Notes under the pieces: generated by a model
Databases searched by the model: none
What the model was told of the DNA's origin: nothing
The model's input: the letters and a program-made list of their open reading frames with translations, nothing else
Program-made: the position numbers and the translations under genes
Shown here: positions 35,921-47,252 of the stretch, one piece after another
Layout of the letters: each line of letters begins with the position of its first letter
Position numbering within the stretch: the stretch's first letter is position 1
Source of the DNA: an uncultured delta proteobacterium
Lineage (GTDB): Bacteria > Desulfobacterota > Syntrophia > Syntrophales > Smithellaceae
Assembly: GCA_963753975.1 (NCBI GenBank)
Contig: CAVWEH010000004.1
Span: 96,001-160,000 of the forward strand
Direction of reading: 5' to 3'
Length of the DNA: 64,000 bases

Positions 35921-36628
35921 GTGGAATTAATCACCCGGAAAAAGAAAATACAAAAAATCACATCGGCAGTTTGCTTTTCACTTTTAATTCACGCCGGCGC
36001 GGGAACGCTTTTAATCTTTAGTCCGTTAAGTGCTCCAGTTTCCCCTCCCCGCTTAAGCGGCTTGAATTTTGTTTGGGCATCGCTCGGCGCTGAAAGCAGC
36101 GGCACAGCCGTTGAAAAAAACCCGCTCCATCAAGCGCATAAAAAGAAAAACCCGGCTACAAACCCTTCAGAGCCTGAAGAACAAAACTCCCCGCCGAGAA
36201 CCGCGCCAATATTTGCCGCCCCCGAATCAGCCGGTCCCATTAAATCGGCAAACTACGAAGGATACAATGCCGAGTCAACCAAAGAACAATCTGCCAAAAC
36301 AAGTGAAGCCGCGGACGGCATATCACGGTCGGGCGCTTTAACTGCTTACCCTCTATACAGGGAAAATATGCCGCCGGTCTATCCGGAAATAGCACGCGTT
36401 CGCGGCTATGAAGGAGTTGTCTTGGTGGTCGCGGAAATTTTACCTAATGGCCGCGTGGGGAATATGAAAATTCGTAAATCATCCGGTTATGCCATCTTGG
36501 ACCAGTCAGCACTGGAAGGTGTAAAACCTTGGAAATTCGAACCGGCGAAGAAATCAGGCAAACCATTTACAATTTGGGTGCAAGTGCCGATCAAATTTGT
36601 CTTACATAACGATAATTCTCCATCATAA
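35921..36628 (+). CDS. TonB-family energy transducer
   Basis: N-terminal TM with S..IH, Pro-rich linker, YPEIAR..GYEG.V...SSGY.ILD..A...WKFEPA. Confidence 0.88.
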   Translation: MELITRKKKIQKITSAVCFSLLIHAGAGTLLIFSPLSAPVSPPRLSGLNFVWASLGAESSGTAVEKNPLHQAHKKKNPATNPSEPEEQNSPPRTAPIFAAPESAGPIKSANYEGYNAESTKEQSAKTSEAADGISRSGALTAYPLYRENMPPVYPEIARVRGYEGVVLVVAEILPNGRVGNMKIRKSSGYAILDQSALEGVKPWKFEPAKKSGKPFTIWVQVPIKFVLHNDNSPS

Positions 36629-36660
36629 GTAAGATTTAGATCCATTAATGGGACAAAAAA

Positions 36661-37239
36661 ATGACTATTAATGAAATGAAAGAGAGGCTGGGTGAAATAA
36701 TTATCGCGCGGTCTTTTAAATACAGTGATAATCCCCCGTTTACTCTGGCTTCCGGGAAAAAAAGCAATTATTACTTCAATTGCAAACCGACTACGCTTGA
36801 TCCCGAAGGCATGAACCTTATCGGAACAATTCTCTTTGACATGCTTAAAGATAGTGAAATTACGGCAGCGGGAGGACTCACCCTGGGAGCCGATCCGATA
36901 GCGAATGCGCTTTCGGTCATATCATATCAAAAAGGTAAACCGATAAAATCATTTATTGTCCGCAAAGACGTTAAAGATCACGGAACGAAAAGCTCGATTG
37001 AAGGTAATATTACACCCGGTGAAAAAGTTGTCATTATCGATGATGTCATAACGACCGGCGGATCCACCATCATTGCCATCGAACAGGCTCGCGAAGGCGG
37101 GCTTATCGTCGATGGAGTTATAACACTTATCGACCGCGAGGAAGGCGGCAAGGAAAATATTCTCCGGCATACAAATAACGTCAGAAGCATTTTAACCCGA
37201 ACACAAATAATGCAGCTTCGCGCAAAAGATGAGCGGTAG
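36661..37239 (+). CDS. pyrE: Orotate phosphoribosyltransferase
   Basis: FTLASGKKS.YY, VRK..KDHG, IIDDVITTGGS PRPP loop. Confidence 0.95.
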   Translation: MTINEMKERLGEIIIARSFKYSDNPPFTLASGKKSNYYFNCKPTTLDPEGMNLIGTILFDMLKDSEITAAGGLTLGADPIANALSVISYQKGKPIKSFIVRKDVKDHGTKSSIEGNITPGEKVVIIDDVITTGGSTIIAIEQAREGGLIVDGVITLIDREEGGKENILRHTNNVRSILTRTQIMQLRAKDER

Positions 37240-37350
37240 AGATAACAAATGCAAAAAAGCTCCGCTGTTTTTATTTTTTTGCATAGTCTTGCTTTTCCAC
37301 GAGTTGATTCTTTTATTACGGCAAAAGTAATTCAGTGAAGGATTTTTCGT

Positions 37351-40332
37351 ATGGTCGATCAATCAAAATTCCCCCGGCCGACACTGCAAGCCGGGAACAA
37401 ATTGCACGGATTTAAAGTACTACGGGTGCAGACAATCCCGGCCATGCGGCTCACCGCCTACGAGATCGAGCATGAAAAAACCGGCGCTAAAGTTCTGCAT
37501 CTGCATTCATTGGACCGGGAAAATTTATATGCCATCGGTTTTCGTACACCGCCTTCCGATTCGACCGGATTGCCGCATATTCTCGAACATTCCGTGCTGG
37601 CGGGATCGGCAAAATATCCGCTCAAAGACGTCTTCAAGGAATTGATGCGCTCCACACTGCAGACTTTCATCAATGCTTTCACCTACCCCGATAAAACCAT
37701 TTATCCGGTGGCGAGCCAGATCAAAGCGGATTTTTACAATCTGGCGCGCGTCTATACTGATCTGGTTTTGCATCCGCGACTATTGAAAGAAACTTTTTTT
37801 CAGGAAGGGCATCACCTGGAATTTGTTGTGCCGGAAGATCTGGAGAGCGATCTGACTATTTCCGGTATCGTTTATAATGAAATGAAGGGAGCCTACTCTT
37901 CTCCGGATTCCCTTATGTACAAAGCAATCCAGGAAAACCTCTATCCGGACAGCGTTTACGCTTACGATTCCGGCGGCGATCCTGACGTTATTCCCCAACT
38001 TACATACGAACAATTTAAGAATTTTCACCGGAGTTATTATTCTCCATCCAATGCGCGGTTTTTTATCTATGGAGATATTGAAACTGCCGAGCATCTGATT
38101 TTTCTTGCAGAGATGCTCTCCGGTTTTGAAAAATTGGAAGTTGATTCCTCCATCAAAAGCCAGCCGCTCTTGACCGAACCCCGCCACGTGACAAGCAGCT
38201 ACCCCGTGGGGAAAGAAGAATCCCTGGAGCATAAAACAATGGTTAACGTCGCCTGGCTGCTCACGGAAAATAGGGATTATGAGACGGCGCTTTTTTTGGA
38301 AATTATTTCCGGACTGCTTGTCGGCAGCGCAGCCAGCCCCCTGCGCAAGGCGCTCATTGATTCCGGGCTGGGCGAAGATCTGACGCCGGTCAGCGGCATG
38401 GAGTCTGATTTGAAGCAGCTGATGTTCTGCGCCGGTCTGAGAAATGCGCAAAGTACAGATATTCAAAAAATCGAAAAGCTCATTCTGGATACGCTGCAAA
38501 AGATTGTTACGGAAGGATTTGACCGGGACTTGATAGAGGGTATCCTTCATCAGGTTGAATTTCACGGCAAGGAAATTGTCCGCGGCTCTTATCCTTTCGG
38601 TATTGCGCTTATGGGAACTGTTTTTCAGACATGGCTCTACGACGGTGATCCGTTAATCAGTCTTGATTTTCCGCTGGAAATAGAGAATATACGCAAGCGC
38701 TGGACAGCCGATTCGCAGATATTCCAGAAGATGACAAAAAAGTGGCTTCTGGACAATCGGCATCGCCTTCTCGCGGTGATGGAACCGGACCCCGCTTTCA
38801 ACGAAAAGAAAGAAAAAAAATTCCTGGGCAAAATGGCAGGGCTTAAAGCCCGCCTTTCTCGGGATGAACTCCAAAAGATCAACACTCAGGCACATGAGCT
38901 CAAAATCTTTCAGTCGGAGGCGGATTCACCGGAAGCTGCGGCGACCATACCAAAATTAAAAATAGAAGACATCCCGAAAGAGATCGAAATAGTTCCCACA
39001 CAGCATGGAATGCTTTCCGATGTCCAGACTCTGAATCACGATATTTTTACCAACGGCATTGCTTATATCGATCTCGCTTTTGATATTGCGCATGTGCCCG
39101 AGGAGCTTCAACCTTATCTGCCGCTTCTGGGCAAGATCATGAGCGGCATGGGAGCAGCAGGTTTTACTTATGAAGAAATGGCCAAACGTATCGCTCTTAC
39201 CATGGGCGGATTTGGTTATGATCTATCCGCCGGCTTTCTAGTTGATGCCTCTACAAGCTGGCAGAAAATGATCTTTTCTTTTAAAGCGCTTTACCGTAAT
39301 TTGCCGGAAGCGATCAATATTGTCAGCGATATCCTCTGTGCCGGAGATCTGGATCACGAAGCAAGAATGCGCGATTTAATCGCCGAGCGAAAAAATGATC
39401 TGCAATCCGCTATCATCCCGTCCGGCCATATCTTTGCCAAAAGAGCCGCAGGAGCGGCGCTTACCTTGCCCGCTTATCGCGATGAGCAGTGGCACGGCCG
39501 CACGCAATTCAGATTTGTTCAGGACAAAGCCGAAAATTTCGACTCCGCAAAGATTGATTTGCGCAAAAGACTGCGAGAGTTGAAATCGATCATCTTCAGC
39601 AAGAAAAATCTACTCGTAAATATAACGGCGGAAGATCAAGGACTAAAATTAGTTGATGAAAATATTGTGCATCTTCTGCAGAAACTATTTCCGCCCGTAG
39701 ACCTGCCGGCGGAAACTCCTCCCCGGCTGACGCCGGTTTATGCAGGAATTGCCGTTCCCACACAAGTATCCTATGTTGCCCGCGTTATGAAAGCTCCGGC
39801 ATATAATGATCCGGCCTCCCCGATGCTAATGCTGGCAGCCAAGGAACTATCCAACAGCTATCTTTACAAACACATCCGGGTGCAGGGCGGCGCCTACGGT
39901 GGCATGTCTTCATTCGATCCGTCGCTGGGATTATTTTCATTTATTTCTTATCGCGATCCGCATATTGCAGAAACGCTGCAAATATATAAAGATGCGCAGG
40001 ACTTTTTTTCCTCGAATGAAATGGCCGCAGTCGATTTGGAAAAGGCCATCATTAGCACGATCGGCATGCTCGACAAACCTATGGACCCGGGAAGCCGTGG
40101 CTATACCGCGATGCTGAGGTTTTTTGGCGGTGCTACTGACGAAAAGAGGCAGAAGTTCAGAAATGATATTTTATCCGCAATGCCGAAGAAGATGAAGGAA
40201 ACATTGAAAACGTATTTCGCTGAGGCTGCTAAATCCCAAGCGGTTGCCGTTTACTCCGCTCGGGAAAAGTTGAAGAAAGCCAATAGAAGGCTCACTGAAA
40301 AACTCGTTTTGGAAAATCTTTTTGAATCCTAG
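37351..40332 (+). CDS. M16C-family metallopeptidase (PreP-like insulinase)
   Basis: Inverted zinc motif HILEH, NAFTYPDKT.YP, GIVYNEMKG, IRVQGGAYG; 993 aa. Confidence 0.92.
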   Translation: MVDQSKFPRPTLQAGNKLHGFKVLRVQTIPAMRLTAYEIEHEKTGAKVLHLHSLDRENLYAIGFRTPPSDSTGLPHILEHSVLAGSAKYPLKDVFKELMRSTLQTFINAFTYPDKTIYPVASQIKADFYNLARVYTDLVLHPRLLKETFFQEGHHLEFVVPEDLESDLTISGIVYNEMKGAYSSPDSLMYKAIQENLYPDSVYAYDSGGDPDVIPQLTYEQFKNFHRSYYSPSNARFFIYGDIETAEHLIFLAEMLSGFEKLEVDSSIKSQPLLTEPRHVTSSYPVGKEESLEHKTMVNVAWLLTENRDYETALFLEIISGLLVGSAASPLRKALIDSGLGEDLTPVSGMESDLKQLMFCAGLRNAQSTDIQKIEKLILDTLQKIVTEGFDRDLIEGILHQVEFHGKEIVRGSYPFGIALMGTVFQTWLYDGDPLISLDFPLEIENIRKRWTADSQIFQKMTKKWLLDNRHRLLAVMEPDPAFNEKKEKKFLGKMAGLKARLSRDELQKINTQAHELKIFQSEADSPEAAATIPKLKIEDIPKEIEIVPTQHGMLSDVQTLNHDIFTNGIAYIDLAFDIAHVPEELQPYLPLLGKIMSGMGAAGFTYEEMAKRIALTMGGFGYDLSAGFLVDASTSWQKMIFSFKALYRNLPEAINIVSDILCAGDLDHEARMRDLIAERKNDLQSAIIPSGHIFAKRAAGAALTLPAYRDEQWHGRTQFRFVQDKAENFDSAKIDLRKRLRELKSIIFSKKNLLVNITAEDQGLKLVDENIVHLLQKLFPPVDLPAETPPRLTPVYAGIAVPTQVSYVARVMKAPAYNDPASPMLMLAAKELSNSYLYKHIRVQGGAYGGMSSFDPSLGLFSFISYRDPHIAETLQIYKDAQDFFSSNEMAAVDLEKAIISTIGMLDKPMDPGSRGYTAMLRFFGGATDEKRQKFRNDILSAMPKKMKETLKTYFAEAAKSQAVAVYSAREKLKKANRRLTEKLVLENLFES

Positions 40333-40369
40333 ATTAGCTGCATTTACCGCGCATTAAAAAAGTATCCTT

Positions 40370-41896
40370 TCAACTCCTTTTTTCAATCTGCTCGATCAGA
40401 TTATTGAAAATCAACCGATGAAACGGCAGGAATATATACCAGTATATTTTCCCCAGCAGAGTATGTGTATAATAGTAAGCAGTGATGGACAACTTTCTTT
40501 TATCAGTTTCATCCTGAATATTGAATTCCAGCCATGCTCTTCCGGGAAGTTTCATCTCCGCCCGCAGAAGAAGGCGCTTGTTCGGCTGAATATCTTCCGT
40601 GCGCCAGAAATCTATTACATCATCAATTTTTAGAGTAGTCTGGCTTTTTCTGCCTCTGGACGTCCCTACTCCCAGAAAAATCCGGTCGATTGCCCCGCGC
40701 AGCCGCCACATCCAGTTATTGGCAAACCACCCTCCCTTACCTCCCACGCGGCAAATGGCTTGAAAGAGGGAAGATGCTTTCTTATCGGTAACAAGCGAGT
40801 AAGAAGCGATGAATTGAGGCTTGCCCGCACATTCATGAAGCTTCATGGCCAGCTCATAGGCAGGAGGATAAGCATCGGACCAGCGCGTATGGATGTTGTC
40901 CTGCTCTTCGCGATTCATCGCTCTTATTATGGCTTCTCGGTAGCCGATGGTCTGGAACGGTAAAATTTCTCTTATCGAATTATCCTGGCAGATAACTTCA
41001 TTTTTCAGCCCTTCCATCAAACAGCGGTTTATGGAATCAGGCACAGGAGTTACAAGGCTTTCTATATAGGAATAAAAACGGATATTGGAAATAAAGCAGG
41101 GAATAAAAAAAGTCTTTTTATTCATCAATTCCGCCCTGATTTTTAACATATCCCGATAGCTGAGAATATCATTCCCGCCGATATCAAAATATTTTCCGGC
41201 CGCTTCTTTGATTTCCAAGACGCCAACCAGATATTTAATTACATCACGGATGGCAATCGGTTGGCATTTTGTCTTGGCCCAACGCGGAACCAAAATCACG
41301 GGAAGCCTTCTTATCAGATTCTGAATAATTTCATAAGAGGCGCTTCCTGATCCAATGATGATTGCCGCCCGTAAAATGGTCACGGGAACTTTTCCCTTTT
41401 GCAATTCCTGGGCCACCCGAATACGGCTTTCCAGATGTGTTGACAGCTGCGTATGTGTATCGCCCAGCCCTCCCAGATAAATAATTCGTTTAACCTTCTT
41501 CTCTTCGGCAACCATCCGAAAGTTCCTGGCGGCCTGTACGTCTGCGGAGGCGAACTCCTTCGGCCCCAGAAGCAGGGAGTGAATCAGATAATAGGCAGTA
41601 TCAATGTTTTCCAGAGCAGCCCTCAAGCTCTCTATATTGAGCGCATCAGCCACTACAATTTCCGCTTCCGGCCAATGTTCCTTGTAAATCGGAGAGGCAG
41701 CACGAACCATAACTCTGACACTGTACCCACGAGCCAATAATTCGGGAACCAATCGTCCGCCAATATATCCCGAAGCTCCTGTCACTAAAATCTTGCCCAC
41801 GTCCAGCCGCGGTTGGGAGGGCAGATCATGGCAAAACAGGTTTCCATATCCTTTCATTTGCCCGTTTAACTCATGATCAGTGGAAGAATTTGACAT
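40370..41896 (-). CDS. Atypical SDR NAD(P)-binding protein with DUF2867-type C-terminus (YbjT-like)
   Basis: VTGASGYIG, AYYLIHS, IIGSGSASYE, IDFWR, AEMKLPGRAWLEF. Confidence 0.85.
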   Translation of the reverse strand: MSNSSTDHELNGQMKGYGNLFCHDLPSQPRLDVGKILVTGASGYIGGRLVPELLARGYSVRVMVRAASPIYKEHWPEAEIVVADALNIESLRAALENIDTAYYLIHSLLLGPKEFASADVQAARNFRMVAEEKKVKRIIYLGGLGDTHTQLSTHLESRIRVAQELQKGKVPVTILRAAIIIGSGSASYEIIQNLIRRLPVILVPRWAKTKCQPIAIRDVIKYLVGVLEIKEAAGKYFDIGGNDILSYRDMLKIRAELMNKKTFFIPCFISNIRFYSYIESLVTPVPDSINRCLMEGLKNEVICQDNSIREILPFQTIGYREAIIRAMNREEQDNIHTRWSDAYPPAYELAMKLHECAGKPQFIASYSLVTDKKASSLFQAICRVGGKGGWFANNWMWRLRGAIDRIFLGVGTSRGRKSQTTLKIDDVIDFWRTEDIQPNKRLLLRAEMKLPGRAWLEFNIQDETDKRKLSITAYYYTHTLLGKIYWYIFLPFHRLIFNNLIEQIEKRS

Positions 41897-41969
41897 TTTT
41901 TAAGCACCATTCCGCTATTGATTAAATTCTATAAATTATTTTCATGCATTCGCCTAACATAATAAAACG

Positions 41970-42769
41970 TCAGTGCATGACGGCTCCTCCATCAACATTT
42001 ATGGCCTGCCCCGTGATGTTCTTAGCCTCCTCCGAAACAAGATAAGCGACAAGGCTTGCTATATCCTCGGCCGTCTGAGGTCGTTCAAAGGTGTTACTGA
42101 TTTTACACGCGCCTCAAAAATTTCTTCCAGTGTCTTATTCGTGAGAGATGCATAGTCTTTTTGCAGCTCTCGGGCCAGACGCTCCCATCCATGTGTATAA
42201 ATGTAGCCCGGACAGACGGCATTCACCGTGATGGTATAGCGGCCCAGTTCCCGGGCCAACACCTGCGTCAACCCGACAACACCGAATTTGGCCGCACAGT
42301 AGGCGCCGATAAGCGGTTCGCCCGACCTCCCTGATATAGATGAGATATTAATAATCCGCCCCCGTTTCCTTGAAATCATAACCTGCACCACGGCACGACA
42401 ACAGAGAAACGCACTTTTCAGATTTATTTCAATCGTTTTATCCCAATTTTCGATAATTGTTTTGGCAACCGGAGCCATACCCGAGCCACCACCTACATTA
42501 TTGACGAGGATGTCTATTATACCATACGCTTCGATCGACTGCCGGACCATTTTATCGACATCAAGCTCTTTTGTGGCGTCGGATTGGAAGGCGATGCTTT
42601 CGCCACCTAGTGCGATGATTTCGGATGCGACATCTTGAGCATCTTCTCTTCTCAGATCCGTCACAATAATCTTAGCACCCTCAGCGGCCAGACGCAAAGC
42701 GATTGCCCGGCCTATTCCGTTTCCTGCACCTGTTACGATAGCTATTCTATTCTTTATTTTCAAATCCAT
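41970..42769 (-). CDS. SDR-family oxidoreductase, frameshift near 42085
   Basis: TGAGNGIG, YCAAK; C-terminus RPQTAEDIA...ITGQAINVDGGAVMH* continues in another frame. Confidence 0.85.
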
Positions 42770-42923
42770 GCTTTCCCCCTTCGACAGCGGACATATTTGT
42801 TAAATCCAGTACAGCTTTCATGGCGCATTCTGTCAAGCATTACATTTTTAACAAAATATTTTGACATTCAGCATATTAAACTTTTATACTACTGTCGAAA
42901 CGCAAACTTGAGGATAAAACAAT

Positions 42924-43535
42924 ATGCAACTGATTCTGATCAGACACGGGGAAACGCTGTGGAACAAAGAAGGACGGGTGCAGGGCGCAAGTGATGTCGA
43001 ATTAAGCGCAGGGGGCAAAAAACAAGTAGAGCTTCTGGCTTTGTCGTTGAAAGATCATCCCCTGGAGGCGATTCATGCCAGCCCTTTGAAAAGAGCCTAT
43101 CAAACGGCAGAGATAATCAACGAGTTTCACCATCTGGACATTCAGATTCATCGGGACTTAATGGAAATGGACCAGGGAGACTTCGAAGGCGTCTCTTTTA
43201 AGGAATTGCTGGTCGGCAAAAAAGAGTTTCTGCAGAAATGGATCTCCGATCCCGCATCAGTTAAAATGCCCAACGGCGAATCTTTATCGGAGTTACAAAA
43301 CCGCGCCTGGCGCACTATGAAAGAAATCATTGGAAAATCGAAGAATGCTCTGGTCGTTTCTCACAATTTCACCATCGCCGCCATTCTCTGCCGCTTGCGC
43401 AATATCAGCCTTGCCGATTTCCGAAGCGCCTGCGTGGATACAGCTTCTAAAACTGTCGTCCGGCTCGAAAATAATGAGGCCTTTATAGACCTGCTCAATG
43501 ATCGCGGTCACCTTCTTGAGGCGAGTAAAAAATAA
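42924..43535 (+). CDS. Histidine phosphatase family protein (PGM/CobC-like)
   Basis: RHGET.WN, SPLKRA.QTA, PNGES, VVSH. Confidence 0.92.
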   Translation: MQLILIRHGETLWNKEGRVQGASDVELSAGGKKQVELLALSLKDHPLEAIHASPLKRAYQTAEIINEFHHLDIQIHRDLMEMDQGDFEGVSFKELLVGKKEFLQKWISDPASVKMPNGESLSELQNRAWRTMKEIIGKSKNALVVSHNFTIAAILCRLRNISLADFRSACVDTASKTVVRLENNEAFIDLLNDRGHLLEASKK

Positions 43536-43616
43536 TGGACATTGCCGGATTATTAAATTAAGTTAATCATTGATATTATGTTAATCGGTGCTGTTACCTT
43601 CTAATACTTTTAATAT

Positions 43617-45701
43617 ATGAAAGAAATTATTAAAAAGCGCATCTTCAATAACAAGGTGAAGATTAAGCCCTGCAAAGAGAACACTCAAGAATTACTCAAA
43701 ACGCTTGATATTTACCGTAATCTTGTGGAAGCGGCGAGCGATTCCATTTATATTGTGGATAGCGAATGCCGGTTTATCTACACCAATCCCAGATATTGTT
43801 CCCGCCTTGGTTTGCCTCTGAAAGATATAATCGGTAAAACCTACGGAATTTTTCATTCCCCGGAGGATGCCAAATCCTTTGCCGCGGATGTGGCGGAGGT
43901 TTTCCAAAAAGGTCTGTCGTTCCAGCGTGAATACCGGAGCCAGAGAGACGGAAACGAATTTTTGCGCACTTTCAGCCCTGCCCGCCAATTCGCCGGGCAA
44001 GGTGCGGTTACGACAGTATCCGTAATTGCGAAAGACATAACCCAATTGAAGCGCGCCGAAGAACTTTATGCCACACTGGCAGAGAAATCGCCCATCAGCG
44101 TTTTCATCGTTCAAGGTGGTCTGATTCAATGGGGCAATTCGAAACTTCAGGAATCTATGGGATATAAGGCCGACGAGCTTATAAATATGCCTTATTCACA
44201 TTTTGTCCATCCGGACGACAGGGAAATACTTAAGAGCAACTCCATCGCCATGCTCCGTGGCGAGATTTCTCTTCCTTTTGAATACCGGGTAGTAACTAAA
44301 GCAAGAGAGATACTATGGCACGTAGGAACAGTGAACTCCATCACTCATAAGGGGAAGAGAGCTATTCTCGCGAGTCAAATGAACATTGATCCCCAGAAGC
44401 AGGCAGAGATGAACCTGCGGCAAAGTGAGGAACGTTACCGGACGATAATCGATACTATTCCGGATTCTTATTCCGAACAAGATTTGAAAGGTAATATCGT
44501 GTACTTCAACGATGCCTATGCGAAAAGCATGCAGGGTTATAATCGTACAGAATTACAAAACCTCAGTTACAAGGAATATATAGACAGTCATTCTGCAAAG
44601 CGTATTTTTCAAGTCTATAACACGGTTTTTAAAACCGGAAAACCTCTGAAGAATGTGGAAGTGGAGAGAATAAGCAAGAAAGGGATAAAAAGTCTGGCAG
44701 AACTCTCTGTCAGCCTGGCCCGGGATAATCAGGGGAACCCTACTGGATTTCACACTGTTTCCCGCGATATTACAGAAAGAAGAAAGAAAGAAGATGCTCT
44801 GCGGTTGAGCGAAGAGCGTTATCGCACAATTATCGACAGCATTGCCGATGCTTACTATGAAGTTGATTTGGCGGGAAACACCACTGTTTTCAACGATGCC
44901 TATCTTAAACTCTACGAATACAGCGCAAAGGAAATGCAAGGGAAAAATTATCGGACATACGTGGATAAGGAGCACGCAGAAATTGCCTATTGGGTTTTCC
45001 ATCAAGTTTTTAAGACCGGCAAGCCGACTAGGAAAATGGAATGGGAAATCATCACCAAAAGCGGGAAGAAGAAACAGGTGGAACTCTCCGTAAGTCTTAG
45101 TCGCGATGTCAACGGGAAACCAATTGGTTTCCGCGGCATCATCAGCGATATAACTGACCGGCGCATGGCCGAAGAAACGATTCGCCACCAGGCCTTCCAC
45201 GATTCGCTGACCGGTCTTGCTAACCGAATCCTTTTTTATGACCGTATGCACATGGCCTTTAACTTGGCAAAACGAGGCGGAAAAATGGTTGCTGTTATAA
45301 TACTTGACCTGGATAATTTTAAAGTAATCAATGATAACAAAGGCCATAGAGTGGGAGATGAAGTTTTAAAAAGTATTTCCGGCAGACTTTCGAAAATGGT
45401 TAGGGCGAGTGATACAGTAGCCCGTTACGGAGGCGATGAATTTACCCTGATTATTCCATCTTTATCCAATGAAGAAAATGTTTTGATCGTTGCCCAGAAA
45501 ATAGTCAAGGCTTTCAACGAACCTTTTCATCTCGATGACAGCAATATAACGGTAACAGCGAGTGTTGGCGTGGCCATGTACCCCCTTCATGGGCAGGACA
45601 TTGATACCCTTATGAACAAGGCCGATGCTGCAATGTACCGGGCTAAGGCTACGGGACGCAACAGGTACTGTTGGTACGGCGACACAAAAGAGAATTCCTG
45701 A
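43617..45701 (+). CDS. Multi-PAS diguanylate cyclase
   Basis: Four PAS/PAC repeats (DIT.R motifs), HDSLTGLANR, RYGGDEF active site. Confidence 0.93.
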   Translation: MKEIIKKRIFNNKVKIKPCKENTQELLKTLDIYRNLVEAASDSIYIVDSECRFIYTNPRYCSRLGLPLKDIIGKTYGIFHSPEDAKSFAADVAEVFQKGLSFQREYRSQRDGNEFLRTFSPARQFAGQGAVTTVSVIAKDITQLKRAEELYATLAEKSPISVFIVQGGLIQWGNSKLQESMGYKADELINMPYSHFVHPDDREILKSNSIAMLRGEISLPFEYRVVTKAREILWHVGTVNSITHKGKRAILASQMNIDPQKQAEMNLRQSEERYRTIIDTIPDSYSEQDLKGNIVYFNDAYAKSMQGYNRTELQNLSYKEYIDSHSAKRIFQVYNTVFKTGKPLKNVEVERISKKGIKSLAELSVSLARDNQGNPTGFHTVSRDITERRKKEDALRLSEERYRTIIDSIADAYYEVDLAGNTTVFNDAYLKLYEYSAKEMQGKNYRTYVDKEHAEIAYWVFHQVFKTGKPTRKMEWEIITKSGKKKQVELSVSLSRDVNGKPIGFRGIISDITDRRMAEETIRHQAFHDSLTGLANRILFYDRMHMAFNLAKRGGKMVAVIILDLDNFKVINDNKGHRVGDEVLKSISGRLSKMVRASDTVARYGGDEFTLIIPSLSNEENVLIVAQKIVKAFNEPFHLDDSNITVTASVGVAMYPLHGQDIDTLMNKADAAMYRAKATGRNRYCWYGDTKENS

Positions 45702-46056
45702 TTCCCGGAAAACTTTAGTCAGAAGTATACCCGGTTCAATATAATTAGCAAAAAGATTTAAGATGAAGCAAAAGTATCATTGATATTCTCTCGCAACCGG
45801 TTGAAGCCGCGATCACTGTAAAAAGCAGGAATATCGGTAGACAATTATGGCTGATGGACATCTATGCACTGGGAATTATTGTTAGTGCGCACATTCATGA
45901 CGCGCCGGGGAAAAATCAGCAGGAACTTGCAAAAAGCCCTGATTGTTTTCCACAATTTTATCATCGTTTCCCTTCTCTACCGCGTGAGCAATATCAGCCT
46001 CTAAAAGTTCAGAAACACCTGCACGGGACAAATTGTACCAGAAAGATAACTACAGA

Positions 46057-46938
46057 ATGCTGACAAAATCGAGTATCTTGCACTTACGTATTCCCTTTTC
46101 CTATTTTCTTATGCCCACATATCTTTTTGCTTTGACTTGTGCCGAGAAACCGATCCTGTGGAAAGTAGTGCTGGTATTTTTCATTCTGCACTTTCTTCTT
46201 TACCCGGCAAGTCATTCCTATAATTCTTATTATGATCGCGATACGGACAGCATCGGCATACTGAAAAACCCTCCTCCCGTAGAGAAGGAACTGCTCACCA
46301 TATCGCTGTTGCTGGATGCTTCAGCGGTACTCCTTTCTCTCTCAATTGGCTGGCTTTTTACCGCCGCCGCGTTTTTTTATGGCCTCGCCTCCAAAGCTTA
46401 CAGCCACAATAAAATTCGAGTGAAAAAAATGCCTGTTCTCAGCCTTATCGGGGTGGGTCTTATCCAGGGCGCTTTTACCTTTCTCCTATCTTTTTGGGGT
46501 ATTCAAGACATTCCCATAACAGAGATTTTCCATACACAGATTCTCTTTGCCGCAGTCATTTCCAGCTTATTTCTTGCGGCCGCTTATCCTATGACGCAAA
46601 TCTACCAGCACAAAGCGGATGGAGAACGTGGTGATATCTCCTTTAGCCTGCTTCTGGGTATTAAAGGCACTTTCCTGTTTTGCGCAGTGTTTATCATGCT
46701 CTCGATTGCCTGTTTTGTTTTTTATTTCCTGATCTATTATGGCCTGCTAATTGCCGCATTTTTCATCCTTTTCCTCACTCCCGTGGCGGTTTTCTTTTTT
46801 TATTGGATGGTGATAACATTCCGGGATGAAAGTAAGGCCAACTACGACAATGCCATGCGTCTGAATTTCATTTCCTCGACGGCATTGAACACTTTCATGA
46901 TATTATTAATGGCGGCAAATCATTTTAAACTTGACTAA
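46057..46938 (+). CDS. UbiA-family prenyltransferase
   Basis: Polytopic membrane protein with NSYYDRD and QH.AD..RGD motifs. Confidence 0.8.
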   Translation: MLTKSSILHLRIPFSYFLMPTYLFALTCAEKPILWKVVLVFFILHFLLYPASHSYNSYYDRDTDSIGILKNPPPVEKELLTISLLLDASAVLLSLSIGWLFTAAAFFYGLASKAYSHNKIRVKKMPVLSLIGVGLIQGAFTFLLSFWGIQDIPITEIFHTQILFAAVISSLFLAAAYPMTQIYQHKADGERGDISFSLLLGIKGTFLFCAVFIMLSIACFVFYFLIYYGLLIAAFFILFLTPVAVFFFYWMVITFRDESKANYDNAMRLNFISSTALNTFMILLMAANHFKLD

Positions 46939-47252
46939 CAACATGTGAATAATATCTGTAAAACATTACACTTAATTAAATTTTCATATAAAGTCACTAC
47001 GGTACAGACAGAAATCCGTCGTGCATTTTAAAAGAGCTCACCATTAGAAATTATGTCGCAGAGAACACCAGCTGCAGGCAAATTTTTTAAGTTGAAAAAC
47101 CTTTGCCGGACAGGTTGACCAAAGTTTGCGTCCACAAATAAGAAAACTGCGGCAGAAAATGATCCAACAGCCGGAAAGTTGGAATAGGTCAATGTTTCAA
47201 ATAGAATAGTTCACGGCTATAACCTTCCCTGATTATAACTCTTTCCCGCCAA

